The notes beneath the pieces are model-generated. The model was not told the origin of the DNA. It saw nothing but the letters and a program-made list of their open reading frames with translations, and ran no database searches. A stretch of DNA of 63,723 nucleotides, the filler included, from Lenisia limosa (taxonomy: Eukaryota > Protista > Breviatea), in assembly GCA_001655205.1 (NCBI GenBank). It is 9 parts of 9 records of this genome, joined end to end, with 100 filler letters (N's around TTAATTAATTAA, not from the genome) between each part and the next. Parts side by side here need not be neighbours in the genome. Positions count along the whole stretch, not along the records: positions 19,364 to 30,100 come from LPNZ01009113.1; positions 30,201 to 34,311 come from LPNZ01010253.1; positions 34,412 to 47,767 come from LPNZ01008380.1; 6 more parts are not named here. One strand, 5' to 3'. This document shows positions 23,101 to 34,495 of this stretch, in pieces. Numbering within the stretch: the stretch's first letter is position 1; each line of letters begins with the position of its first letter. Position numbers and translations under genes: made by a program.

Positions 23101-23907
23101 TTGACAGTCGAGACCTATTCCAGCCAATTGTCACTCCTTTTGAAATGGAACTTGCAATGAATGAGTAGGGGGGAGGGGATAAAGGTGATAACATTTGTGA
23201 ACGACCTTGGAAGGTTGTAATGCGTAACGAAAAATATGATGGGATATAATAATATTCAAATGATCAAACAGTTTTATATTATTGATAAATACAGCGTTTA
23301 TGGTAAGTCTTGATCACTATTTTGAGAAATAATCAGATATTGTTGTTCAAGGTTCACTTCTTACAGAGACCTCCAATGGACGGGCGACTTTTCTGTGGAC
23401 TTCTCCACTGTGGAAGGCGCTATGACGCAAAATGTCGTGGCTGTGGCGCAAAATGATGGCGGCAGCGCTAGGTTTAGCTTGATCACCGGAGGCCTTGTTC
23501 AAACCCAAAAGGCTGATGGTAAGGGAGGGGGGTATAGTGAGTCTTTATGTTTGGACCAAATTGGTCCAGTGGGAGCGGATGGCAGTTGGAAGTGGTAATG
23601 ATTGCTTTACCGTCCCAGTTATCTCCGAGTCTTGCGAGTCATCTGCACTGGTGGTGACACGGGAAACCACCTCAACGCTGGCACTGGAGAACAGAGAGGT
23701 CAGTGATACATTGTATCAGGTCCGTTTTGCCATAGTGGCTGTTTTTGGCAGGCTCTGTTTTCATATTCCGTGTTTCCATATCTATGCTTCCCCGTTGTTT
23801 TATTTTTTACAATTCAGTTCAAGGGCCTGGAGTACGAAGCCCCCACTGAGCCTGGAAAGCTTGAACAAGGTCGAAGCGGTCTCCCCTGTGAGTATACCAA
23901 CGTATAG
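20200..23907 (+). CDS. DPH2: Diphthamide biosynthesis protein 2
   Basis: EYFEVNRTIEEV...|VALQLPD...|[85 protein letters not shown]; C-terminal EQGRSGLPCEYTNV*. Confidence 0.9.
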
Positions 23908-24425
23908 AGGATGGTAATGGTTGTTGTATGGTTCTGATGTAAGTGTTTGCAATTCCAGAGTTTCCAAGTGTTGAGACCGGTACCAGGTAAAGGCAATTAA
24001 TTTGGTTCATAATCACGTAGCGAATAGATATATATCTTAAGTGAAATTACTGCCTCCATACTCTGCTATCCTATACTCCTATACTCCTGCTTCCTTGTAA
24101 TAACTAACTACAGCTGTCTTTTGTGACCGCCCTAGAGGAATATACTACAATACTACAGTAGAATATATATACACCTCCTCGTCCCAGGCTTCCCTTTATT
24201 TGTGTCTACACATCTTTATATCTTATAATTATCTTATTTGTGGAGAGAATACATACAATATTCATTTGATGAAACAGAAGGAAGAAAGCAAAAAAAAAAG
24301 ACCACTTTAAGAGTGATTGCTTTTGAAACTAATCATTTTAATCCAAAAATAAAATGATTCTTGCTTTCCACGTCTTTTCATCACTTGTGGGCAGATAATA
24401 GTTTTTATTTCTATTTCTGTTGAAA

Positions 24426-27400
24426 ATGAATCCGGCAAAGCGCGCTCGGTCCTCTGGAAACGAAGATGACTTTGTCCCCCATTCGTCCTTCACAATGCCT
24501 CTTCTCACAGATATGTATCAGGTATATAAAAAAGGTAGAAAACATGACAGATATTCTGAAAACCCTAATTTCTTAAACGGTTCCAGATCTCTATGGCTTA
24601 CGCTTATTTTGTGAACAAAAAGCATGAAGAAGAGTCATGTTTCGACCTTTTCTTCCGCAAAAATCCCTTTGGTAATGTAAATCAAGGCAATATCCGCTTT
24701 TTCTAACCCTTTGTCAGGAGGTGAATTCACTGTGTTTGCCGGACTTGATGAGTGCCTTCGCTTCCTCAATAACTTCAAGTTCTGTCAGGAGGATACTGAG
24801 GTAAGGCTGGCGGTTTGAGACCCCCCTCACCCCCAACTTTAATGTTGGTTTTATTCATGCTCTTTGATTTTTATTCCTTCTAGAAGGAATGGTATACTAG
24901 TTTTACCGATTCAATTCAATTCACTTCTTCTATCATTAATATCAAACTAGATTACGTCTGCTTATATCTTTCTTCCAGGCCCCCTCACCCCTCCACATCC
25001 TCCATTATCATATATCAAGGATAGGACCCTCCTAACTCAGCAATGAAAGGAATGTAATATTGTAATTTGAGGAAGAAAGACAGTTCCAGTAACAGTCTAC
25101 ACGGAAGCACATAAAGAGTTCCTTCCCCAGATATTCTATCATTCGCATCCCAGACCCATGCCACACCTGGCTAATCACCCAGTACTTGAAGACTATTCTC
25201 CCAGCTGACGCGGACCCTGCCTTTTTCGACTGGCTTTTGACTGTTGACTGCGCTCAGGTGGGGTGGGGGCTTGTCCATATCTAAGGATGCTGTTATTTAT
25301 GGAGTATGGGATATGCAGTTTGATCTTCCTTGTGATTAAATACTAGATTTATCTTGATATAGTGTATGTAATAGTGTTGTCATATTATATTTAATTATAA
25401 CAAGTTAGAGTTTTGGAAAAGGGGTGTTTCACTCAACAACAATGTTTCCAACATATTTTGATTTGATTGCACTAAACCGTCAGGTCAAGGTATTGGCCCA
25501 GAAAGAATGCTCCCTGGTGTTCCCCCGGGTGCCTCTTCTCAGGCTCACGGGGCCCCTCGCCATTATCCAGGTGTGCACTCCATCTTGTGTTTCAAAGTTA
25601 CCAGATGTGTCACATCTATGCCATATGGTCAAAAGATCAAGATTATCTTGATACCTTCAAACAATGTGTCTTCAAAATATCAAACACTGACGGCCTTGTT
25701 TAGCTTCTTGAGACTCCGCTCTTGAACCTCATCAACTACCCATCACTCGTCTGCACGCAAGCGGCCAGACTGAGACTCGCGGCTGGGCCTGAAGCAGTAG
25801 GATGGATACAAAACGTATCATAAAAATCAATTGGGGATGGGGGGGGGGGGGNNNNNNNNNNNNNNNNNNNNNNNNNNNNNNNNNNNNNNNNNNNNNNNNN
25901 NNNNNNNNNNNNNNNNNNNNNNNNNNNNNNNNNNNGGCTAATGGTATGCGTTATGTATGATATTGTGAATATTACACCAAGTATTAACTGTCATCTTCAT
26001 TTCAGAAAAACAACTGTTGTTCTATTGATTTACCTTTTTAACTTGATGATATTTTACCAATGCAGAAACTGATTGAATTTGGACTTCGCAGAGCCCAAGT
26101 TGGGGGGGGGGGGNNNNNNNNNNNNNNNNNNNNNNNNNNNNNNNNNNNNNNNNNNNNNNNNNNNNNNNNNNNNNNNGTGCATGTTGTCAATGGAGTATTT
26201 ACGAACCTGTGTCATACTTTCTGCGTGATAGCTCTATCCACCATCAAGATTCTCAAAAGATGTGCTGAATTCTACTTTCCGCAACCCCCTCGTTTTGATG
26301 GTGTAGGGCCCGAATGGAGCCATGTCCGCGTCACATTACAGCTACCTTGGCGGCTTCAACGCTACCAGCAACGTGCTCGCTGGTAAAATCTTCGGTTGGG
26401 TGGTATGAACATATAATGGCGTAGAGGGTGCAATCACAAACTGAATAATGAAACTCTATGAAAATATATATATATATGAAAATTTAGTTTTCATCTCCGA
26501 AATATCTTTTGCAAACGTGACAGGGGAGTAGTCAAATATAATAAAAAAAATAAGACTTCCGCACTGTCCACAAAAGACCATGAAAATGTCAATATTTATC
26601 GAGAAAATGTCAAAATCTTCAGTCTTTTTTTGACTGTAGGTAATCCCAGCGTAAGTCATTTTTATATCAACACTCCAGGCCTAAACGTATCTGGTACCCA
26701 CGCACACTCGTTTATTTCAGCTTTCACGTCTCTTGATAGTGTCCTTGACACTCACATTGTCTCAAAGTATGTTGGCAATGAAAAATGACAGGTCAAAACT
26801 GATACTATCTCTACGGTCATAACACATATATCTGTGAATTTTCCTCTATCTGTGAAAACAAGCCAAATGAACATTTTCATTGATAGAATAAGTTGAGCAT
26901 TACAGTATTTATCATATAATGTTAATTCGTTGCATTTTTGAGGATCATCTTCAGAATTTACTTCAATTAAAAGCAACNNNNNNNNNNNNNNNNNNNNNNN
27001 NNNNNNNNNNNNNNNNNNNNNNNNNNNNNNNNNNNNNNNNNNNNNNNNNNNNNNNNNNNNNNNNNNNNNNNNNNNATAGTTATATGCCATATTGTAAGCA
27101 AAATTTTTCGCATATTTCAAATAAATTCACAGATAGAGGCAAATTCACAGATATATGGACGGTGTGATCGATATGTATAATACACGTAATAATACTATGG
27201 ATAGTATATAATATTTTCATTATATTTCTAATTTATGTGCTGCATATAATGGCGACTTCACATCATATGATATTATCGAACATCATAATTTATTTTATGT
27301 TATTCCCCGAGGAGATTTAGGAAGTACCGAGGGACGAACATATAGTATACTACTATGCATATTATACATAGATACATAATTATATATCGATCATATTGTA

Positions 27401-29706
27401 GTATACTCTACATTATTACTATATGATTATCATATAGTATCCCTATATCCCTTTGCTAAGACACTCAGGAAAACTGGAGAAAAGGTGCACGTTCTTCCCT
27501 TGGTGCTGGAAGCCCGTGAAAAATTACCTTTCCCCAAGGCTACAGTTGATAGTGGGGGGGGGGGCACAGTCACAAAAAGGACCAACTTCCTTGCAACCCA
27601 AAATGATCAATTATATATCATATGNNNNNNNNNNNNNNNNNNNNNNNNNNNNNNNNNNNNNNNNNNNNNNNNNNNNNNNNNATATGGATGTTGTCTACAG
27701 AGTGCTTCTTTAGACGAGCCAGTTCTTAAGAGAAGCATTCACTCAATCAAACTTAACCCGGCAGGTGAATTGGCGGCATTCATTTCCTTCGCCTTTGCAA
27801 TGCCCGAACGCTTCCTTGGCCTTGTTGACACTTATGACAGTCTTCTCAGGTATGAGTTAGCAGAATCAATAGCTTGCAATATTGAGAAGTGAAGGTAATA
27901 TTGGACGGTTTGATAACATTTCCAGCGGAGTGCCTAACTACCTTGCCGTTGCCGTTGTTCTTTATGACCTTGGGTACAAGCCTGTACGAGGGGATACATT
28001 ATGTTGTTTTTTGTTGCTGCTTTTGTAAGACAGTACCCATGAATTGCCTTACACTGTTTGAAACTTATTATTCTGAAATTTCATATCAATTCCCCTTCAA
28101 AAAACATGTATCCTCATAGTTCAGCTTGGTATCCGCTTAGACAGTGGTGATTTGGCATACCTCTCTGTCCAAGCAAGAGAAATGTTCAAAAAAGTGAGTA
28201 AAAAAGAAGTAATATCTTGTTCAAGTCTGTTCTACTTACCATATTAGGCAAGTGAGACCTTTGGTTACCCCGATATGGAAACTCTCGACATTGTGGCCAG
28301 TAACGATATCAATGAGGCAGTCCTCCAGACCCTCCAGCAACAAGGGCATAGCATTACCGTCTTTGGCATCGGAACCAACCTTGTTACTTGCCAAGTGAGG
28401 GGAGTGTCATTGATCTGATATTTCTCTTGCTTCTCTTTTTGCTCTAAAGAAATTGTTAAAATATTTCATAAAAATAAATATGAGTGAATTCTGCGGGTTG
28501 TTTTTAATACTTATTCAGCCTCATGCTCCCCCCCCCCCNNNNNNNNNNNNNNNNNNNNNNNNNNNNNNNNNNNNNNNNNNNNNNNNNNNNNNNNNNNNNN
28601 NNTTAAACTGGTGCAACATATGGGGAAGCCAAGGATCAAGCTGAGCCATGAAATTGAAAAGGTCTGCACCTTTTGAATAGTTCTTTGAACCAAAGAGTTA
28701 ACCCGTTGATACAATGCTTATTTGCTCTAGGTTGTGACTACTTATGGGCCTATTAACGTCATAGATGACCATCCCCGCAATGAAAAACGCCTACCGACTT
28801 TATAACTCTTCAAACAAACCCATTGTCGACTTAATGACACTTTCTTCCGTTTGAGGGAGGGAATTGTTGATAAAGTACCTTGTACTATGCACATTATTGT
28901 GTTTGATTTTCCCTTCCTCTAATGGAAACAGGAGCTAGCTCCCGAGGTGGGCAAGCGCATACTCTGCCGCCACCCTGTTGACGAGGCCAAAAGAGCCATT
29001 GTCAACCCTTCTCAGGTTGGGGGGTATGGGATTGTCGTGGGGTTGGGGGATCTGACGAGAGAAACTCCAATTAATGCAGAGATTAGAAGTAAATGTTATG
29101 ATTGATTTGAGTTTTTTTTTTTGACTTTGGGCAATAGTGAAGCTAATCCGCATTTTTTTTTTTTTTTTTTTTTTTTNNNNNNNNNNNNNNNNNNNNNNNN
29201 NNNNNNNNNNNNNNNNNNNNNNNNNNNNNNNNNNNNNNNNNNNNNNNNNNNNNNNNNNNNNNNNNNNNNNNNNNNGATGGCAAAGTTGCTCAAGAGGCGG
29301 TATGAGGTCTTTTTATTCTTTATTTTATTACTTCCTTGGTCTCAAAAGAGAGACTTTTTTGAAACACAGGGAAGGGTCTTTCCATATACGTAATAACCCG
29401 TTTGAACTCACAATATTTTTTGCTCACACTACAGGTCCTTCTTGCCGCTGAGAAGCAAAAACGCCTACTGCAGTCGTTACAGAGCTTCCGATCGGATCAC
29501 TTGAGAGTCATTAACCCAACCCCGTATGTTATGGGGAAATCGACAAAAATATATGATAAGGGGGATAGCATGTTGATCATGGGGTATGTTGCTAAATACC
29601 AATGATGTTCTCACAGTTCAGTTATAAGGTATCAACATCCGAAGAGCTCTACACATTCATGCACAAGCTCTGGCAACAGGAAATGCCCCTTCAAGAACTC
29701 TCCTAA
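24426..29706 (+). CDS. NAPRT: Nicotinate phosphoribosyltransferase
   Basis: LLTDMYQ|ISMAYAY...[10 protein letters not shown]|[10 protein letters not shown]; [14 protein letters not shown]; [10 protein letters not shown]; GTHAHSF; ELAAF...LVDTYD; [13 protein letters not shown]; IVASNDINE; [11 protein letters not shown]; YKVS...[13 protein letters not shown]; TAA 29704-29706. Confidence 0.95.
26825..27157. mobile_element. ~330 bp MITE-like element with 32 bp TIRs in a NAPRT intron
   Basis: CATATATCTGTGAATTTTCCTCTATCTGTGAA (26825-26856) versus TTCACAGATAGAGGCAAATTCACAGATATATG (27126-27157): inverted, with one mismatch. Each arm holds two ATCTGTGAA sub-repeats. TA context at both ends; an N gap lies inside. 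Confidence 0.75.
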
Positions 29707-30027
29707 TTTTTTGCACTTTTCTCTCGATTACTTGTTTATATCGTTTTGATACTTTGATAGACTTCCTCTTCTCACCAGGACAGAAGTTTTCGGAAGTTTT
29801 GCAGATTTGGTTTATACTCCATGATAAAAATGCGTCTCAGAGTAAATAATATATGGATTCTAGCCCCCTCCTTCATATCATCGGAGGGAAGGCACCGTGG
29901 ACCTCTGGGGGTCGCCTGGGGGTAAACCATGGGTAAACAGGAACATAATTAATGACATAAGAAGTCTTTGCAGTGAAAGAAATGTATTGACCGGGTGATT
30001 TATGTCCAGCACTAGGGGAGAGGTAAC

Positions 30028-30100
30028 TTAGAGCTGTTCGGCTTTGCTGAAGCCTTGTTGAGGCTGCTGGGGTTGAGCGTATGGGTCTGCTTGATACACG
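30028..30100 (-). CDS. 3' end of an unknown gene
   Basis: VYQADPYAQPQQPQQGFSKAEQL* runs off into the scaffold-end gap. Confidence 0.3.
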
Positions 30101-30144
30101 NNNNNNNNNNNNNNNNNNNNNNNNNNNNNNNNNNNNNNNNNNNN

Positions 30145-30156
30145 TTAATTAATTAA
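30145..30156. other. Artificial scaffold-joining spacer
   Basis: TTAATTAATTAA between N runs. Confidence 0.97.
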
Positions 30157-30200
30157 NNNNNNNNNNNNNNNNNNNNNNNNNNNNNNNNNNNNNNNNNNNN

Positions 30201-33200
30201 GAGCCACCCCCTCGTCACGCCCTCCGAGCCTCAGGTGTCGCCGGCGTTTGTCCAACTTCATCCGCCGCCACAGCCAGCCCGGGAGCAACCGGTCCAATCC
30301 CTCCCGAAACCGGTCTTCACCCCCGACACAGCCGACCCTCTTCCGTCAGCCAACCCGAGGCAAGCTTTCGATATCACAACCACCAGCGCTGTCGCTACCC
30401 CTCCAGCCGTCTTCACAGCGGGTCAATATCCCGTGTCCGAGCCAGCAGTTGTACCATCCCCATCAGACACTGCAGCACCCCTGCACCCGGTTGTGGCATC
30501 ACCCGTTGTCAAGGCCCCAAACACTGCACTGGCACCCGATACTACCACCGCCCCCATCCTTCTTCCCCACCCCGTCGTCCTTCCAGAAGTCAAGCCCGTC
30601 GGAACTCCAGCGCAGAGGCCCGCGGAGACACCAAAAGAAACCCTGGTCGTGCCGGCTGAGCCAAGCCCAAGCCACACACCGGGTTGGTTTTATAGCCTCT
30701 GGTTGTTGATCTGAGTAAAAATCATCTCTAGAATATTGTATTTTTGTTTGCCCGTTACCATTTTTGAGCCATGATAAATATGGTAGTATTGAAAATCAGG
30801 GCATGTTGACTCTCCAGGTCCTGCAGCCTACCCCATGCAGCCCCCAATGATGTATCCCCCTCAACAGGTTCGTCTAGTAGAAGCGAATGCCTTGACTCTT
30901 GCTCTTGTTGTCACCAATACCATCTTGTGCTCTTACCCAAACATCTTATGCTCACATTANNNNNNNNNNNNNNNNNNNNNNNNNNNNNNNNNNNNNNNNN
31001 NNNNNNNNNNNNNNNNNNNNNNNNNNNNNNNNNNNNNNNNNNNNNNNNNNNNNNNNNNNNNNNNNNNNNNNNNNNNNNNNNNNNNNNCAAAGATGAGTAT
31101 GTTGACATTGTTCGTGAGGAGGTATCGAAGGCAATGCAAACTGCGGTTGAGGAGCAGTGCAAGCACCAGGATGAAGTGGATAGCATGGAAAGGAGGCGAC
31201 AGGAGGATTTGCGGGAGGAGAGAAGGAGAAGCGAAGAAGAAAGAAGAAGGAATGACGAAGAAAGAAGAAGACAGCAACAAAGAGAGGAGGATCAGAAGAG
31301 GCGGGNNNNNNNNNNNNNNNNNNNNNNNNNNNNNNNNNNNNNNNNNNNNNNNNNNNNNNNNNNNNNNNNNNNNNNNNNNNNNNNNNNNNNNNNNNNNNNN
31401 NNNNNNNNNNCACTTATCATGGGTGCACCATGCACCAACCAGCCAAGTCGTGAATTCGTCGCATGCCGTTTCGAGCGCCAGTGTCATGGGGGGATGTAAG
31501 CCCGGCCCAAATAGCGCCGATCCAAGACACCATAGCAGACGGCAAGACCATCCTCTGCTGACTGAAGGGTCGGCTCCCGGAGTTGAGGCAGTTCACCCAC
31601 TTCAGAGACCCCATGTCAATACTGATGGTACAAGTTGGCTGGGCGATTTATTTGTTATTAGATTTGTACTATTCAAACAGTATCCCGCACACGAATCGGC
31701 TTTTCAACCTGATAAAACATCTTTTAATTTCTCATGTCTACATTAGATTCCTTTTTTATTCCTTCACTATACGCCTTACCTTTAGAGGGGGAATAGCCCA
31801 GTTAGTTTTAACTCTTTAGGCTTCAGGGAGTCTGTGCCACGACCTTCTTGGTTTGGAGGGGAGGATCGGTGAATACTGCTTTTTTAATGATTGGGACTTT
31901 TGCCAGACTCATCCGCTCGTGTCCACAGTATCCATTAGAACTTCACTTTCGGTTCCAAAAAAGACGGAATCCTCGATATTAATTATTGAACATGATTTAC
32001 GGTACCGAAAATGAAGCTCTAGTGTCCATGCTAAATCAGTGCCATTGACTCCACAGGTCTGGAGGATCTGGTCTGATATCCACCCCTCTTAGTCGAAGCG
32101 CCTCTTCCGCCACAATCCAGCGGTCGCGCACCTCAACCATTCGCTACGACGACCGGAGGGACTATGATGAAAGAGACGAGCCCTATTCAGACTGGCAAAC
32201 GGAACCGCGCCGGCGGCGACATGATGACGATCTTAGTCAGGCAGACTTGGAGGAGAGTTTGCGCCATGCTGGGCTTACGTCACATCTTGGCTCGGAGGTT
32301 GGCTCACAGTTTGGTTGCACTTTGGGATCAAAAACACTAATTTCTTAATCACATCAATATGATATGATAATACCCAAACAGAACTTTGTATCTTGGCTGG
32401 ACCAAGAATTACGTTTCTGACATTTTTACGTGTCTGGCTAAAATCTTCAGGAAACAAGGAGACAAATGCAGCTCTTAGCGGACCAGGAGGAAGAGGCACT
32501 GAAGCATCTCTCTGATGTGAGCCTTTTGTGATAACATATATATATCATATGATATTGTGCATCAAAAATTCTACATTGAAATTAGAAATGAAAATATCAT
32601 TTGTTTCAGACTTACAAGAGTCTTGGATCCGCATCTCGAAGAGCCTCACAGGACCCCCTTCTCTCTGACGCCCTCTCTGCGGGTCGGGCCGATTCCCTTC
32701 TCTCCGAGCCGGATAAGCTTCCTCCAGAACTGGTTTCTGGCCTCATGGTCGGCCACAACCCTATTTCTGAATTAACATTGATTCAATCGCCAATATTATC
32801 ATAAGTGTTGTTGTCGGATTTGGACTGAAACGACCTGATTTATATTTCTCATTTCCACAATTGTTGACCCCCGTGTAGATGGCTGACTTCCCGACTCTTG
32901 AAGACATGGTGTCGGATCCCAGATCGCTCTCTCCGAAATCCTCACTATCATCGCGTCCTGTAACGGCATCGCCTCCCCCCCAAAAGACCAGGCCAGCTAA
33001 GGAACGAANNNNNNNNNNNNNNNNNNNNNNNNNNNNNNNNNNNNNNNNNNNNNNNNNNNNNNNNNNNNNNNNNNNNNNNNNNNNNNNNNNNNNNNNNNNN
33101 NNNNNNNNNNNNNNNNNNNNNNNNNNNNNNNNNNNNTACCCGGTAAGTCAGCTTGTGTTTACTTCGTCACAAGCAGTTATTGATATTGTACTGCTCTTTT

Positions 33201-34311
33201 TGGACCAAACTACACCCTTGATCTTGAAAGCTTGCAGAATGATATATTTTCTGTCTAGCACGTTGTAATGGAGATTGTCTTCATAGTTTTGAGGGGGGCG
33301 AGATTGTCTTCATAGTTCTGAGGGGGGGCGAGATTGTCTTCATAGTTCTGAGGGGGGCGAGATTGAGATAAATCTTGGATTTATTGAGACTATTTTGTCC
33401 AAAATGAAGCACTTGGAAGAATGCTGACATTGTCAGATCTCAAGCCGTGCAAAGCACACCAGCCAATCAGAGCTCTGCATCGCAAATAGAACTGGCTCAG
33501 TGGGGGGGGGGTATTCAAACAATGAATATGTAAATACAAATAACTGTTCTTATGTTCTGTCACTCAATAACCTATCTGTGTGTCATTTCAGGCCGAAAAC
33601 GACATCATCCCAGGCAGGCCCGGATGATAGCGTTGCAAAACAGTGGGTTGAGTGGTTGGGTGAGTGTTGTATTGAACTGTAAGTAAGTATTAATAAATTT
33701 AGGATCAGAGATGCTTTGGCAACTCTTCTCAAACCAACCCAAAAGAAGAAAGTGAAAAAGGAGACATCAACTCACCAAAAGTATGACAAGTCAAGTAATG
33801 TGACACTTCCTTTTCATCCGTTTTGTGGACATCTATTTCCATGAGTGTTCAATCAATGCTATGAATACCTTCAAAAGCCCTACTTTTTTTAACTCGCAGA
33901 CGGCCATCCTCGCCTCTTGCCCACCCCCCTCGAAGCTCTTATTTGTGGGGGGGGGGGGTAAAAAAACATGTATCAATTTGTCAAATCAGATTTTTGTGAA
34001 AAGATTCCCCATCACTGTGGTAATATAGCTTAAATTAGGGCTCCGTGCAATTAATTAATTAATTGCAAAAGAAGTGAGACATATAGTCATTGGAACTTCA
34101 TTTCAGACACTTTAATTTCAAATTTTATCAATTTATTTCTTCAAACAATTAATTGCACTGTGTCGTGGTTTAATTTATAGAGAAATACCATTTCTATTCT
34201 GGAACTGATGGATACCCAAGCTCTATCCCAACTAATATACAGGCGCCGTGACGAGTATTGGTACAACAGTTCGGACGATGATGACGATTTGGAGCTGAGC
34301 TCGGTAGCGAG
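30201..34311 (+). CDS. Hypothetical low-complexity protein (Pro/Thr-rich, then E/R coiled coil, then Ser-rich), partial at both ends
   Basis: GT-AG-bounded exons such as QPAREQPVQSLPKPVFTP..., DEYVDIVREEVSKAMQ...ERRRQED..., RYDDRRDYDERDEPY..., AKQWVEW|IRDALATLLKP. No family recognised. Confidence 0.55.
33271..33364. repeat. Intronic minisatellite, ~30 bp unit x3
   Basis: GAGATTGTCTTCATAGTT(T/C)TGAGGGGGG(G)C repeated three times plus a partial copy. Confidence 0.9.
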
Positions 34312-34355
34312 NNNNNNNNNNNNNNNNNNNNNNNNNNNNNNNNNNNNNNNNNNNN

Positions 34356-34367
34356 TTAATTAATTAA
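34356..34367. other. Artificial scaffold-joining spacer
   Basis: TTAATTAATTAA between N runs. Confidence 0.97.
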
Positions 34368-34495
34368 NNNNNNNNNNNNNNNNNNNNNNNNNNNNNNNNN
34401 NNNNNNNNNNNTGGGGAGAAGGGGAGCGTGGTGGTGGGTTCTGAGCATAAATGCAGCATTATGCTATATTCTACAAGTCATGTATCACACTTCAG

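Noticed and set aside
26755-27470. Apparent phase mismatch at a NAPRT junction
   Set aside because: It is resolved by the downstream acceptor (…ACACTCAG|G AAA ACT), giving [13 protein letters not shown] in frame.
10619-29706. macroH2A and NAPRT as an NAD-metabolism gene cluster
   Set aside because: They are separated by the artificial spacer at 19308-19319, so they lie on different scaffolds and the proximity is an artefact of concatenation.
33271-33364. Short direct repeats as a CRISPR array (also 48222-48298, 52538-52600, 60443-60517)
   Set aside because: The units are contiguous with no unique spacers, no cas genes are present, and the context is eukaryotic introns.
34047-34066. GCAATTAATTAATTAATTGC palindrome resembling the spacer
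   Set aside because: It has no flanking Ns and is a short AT-rich intronic palindrome seen once; no function can be supported.
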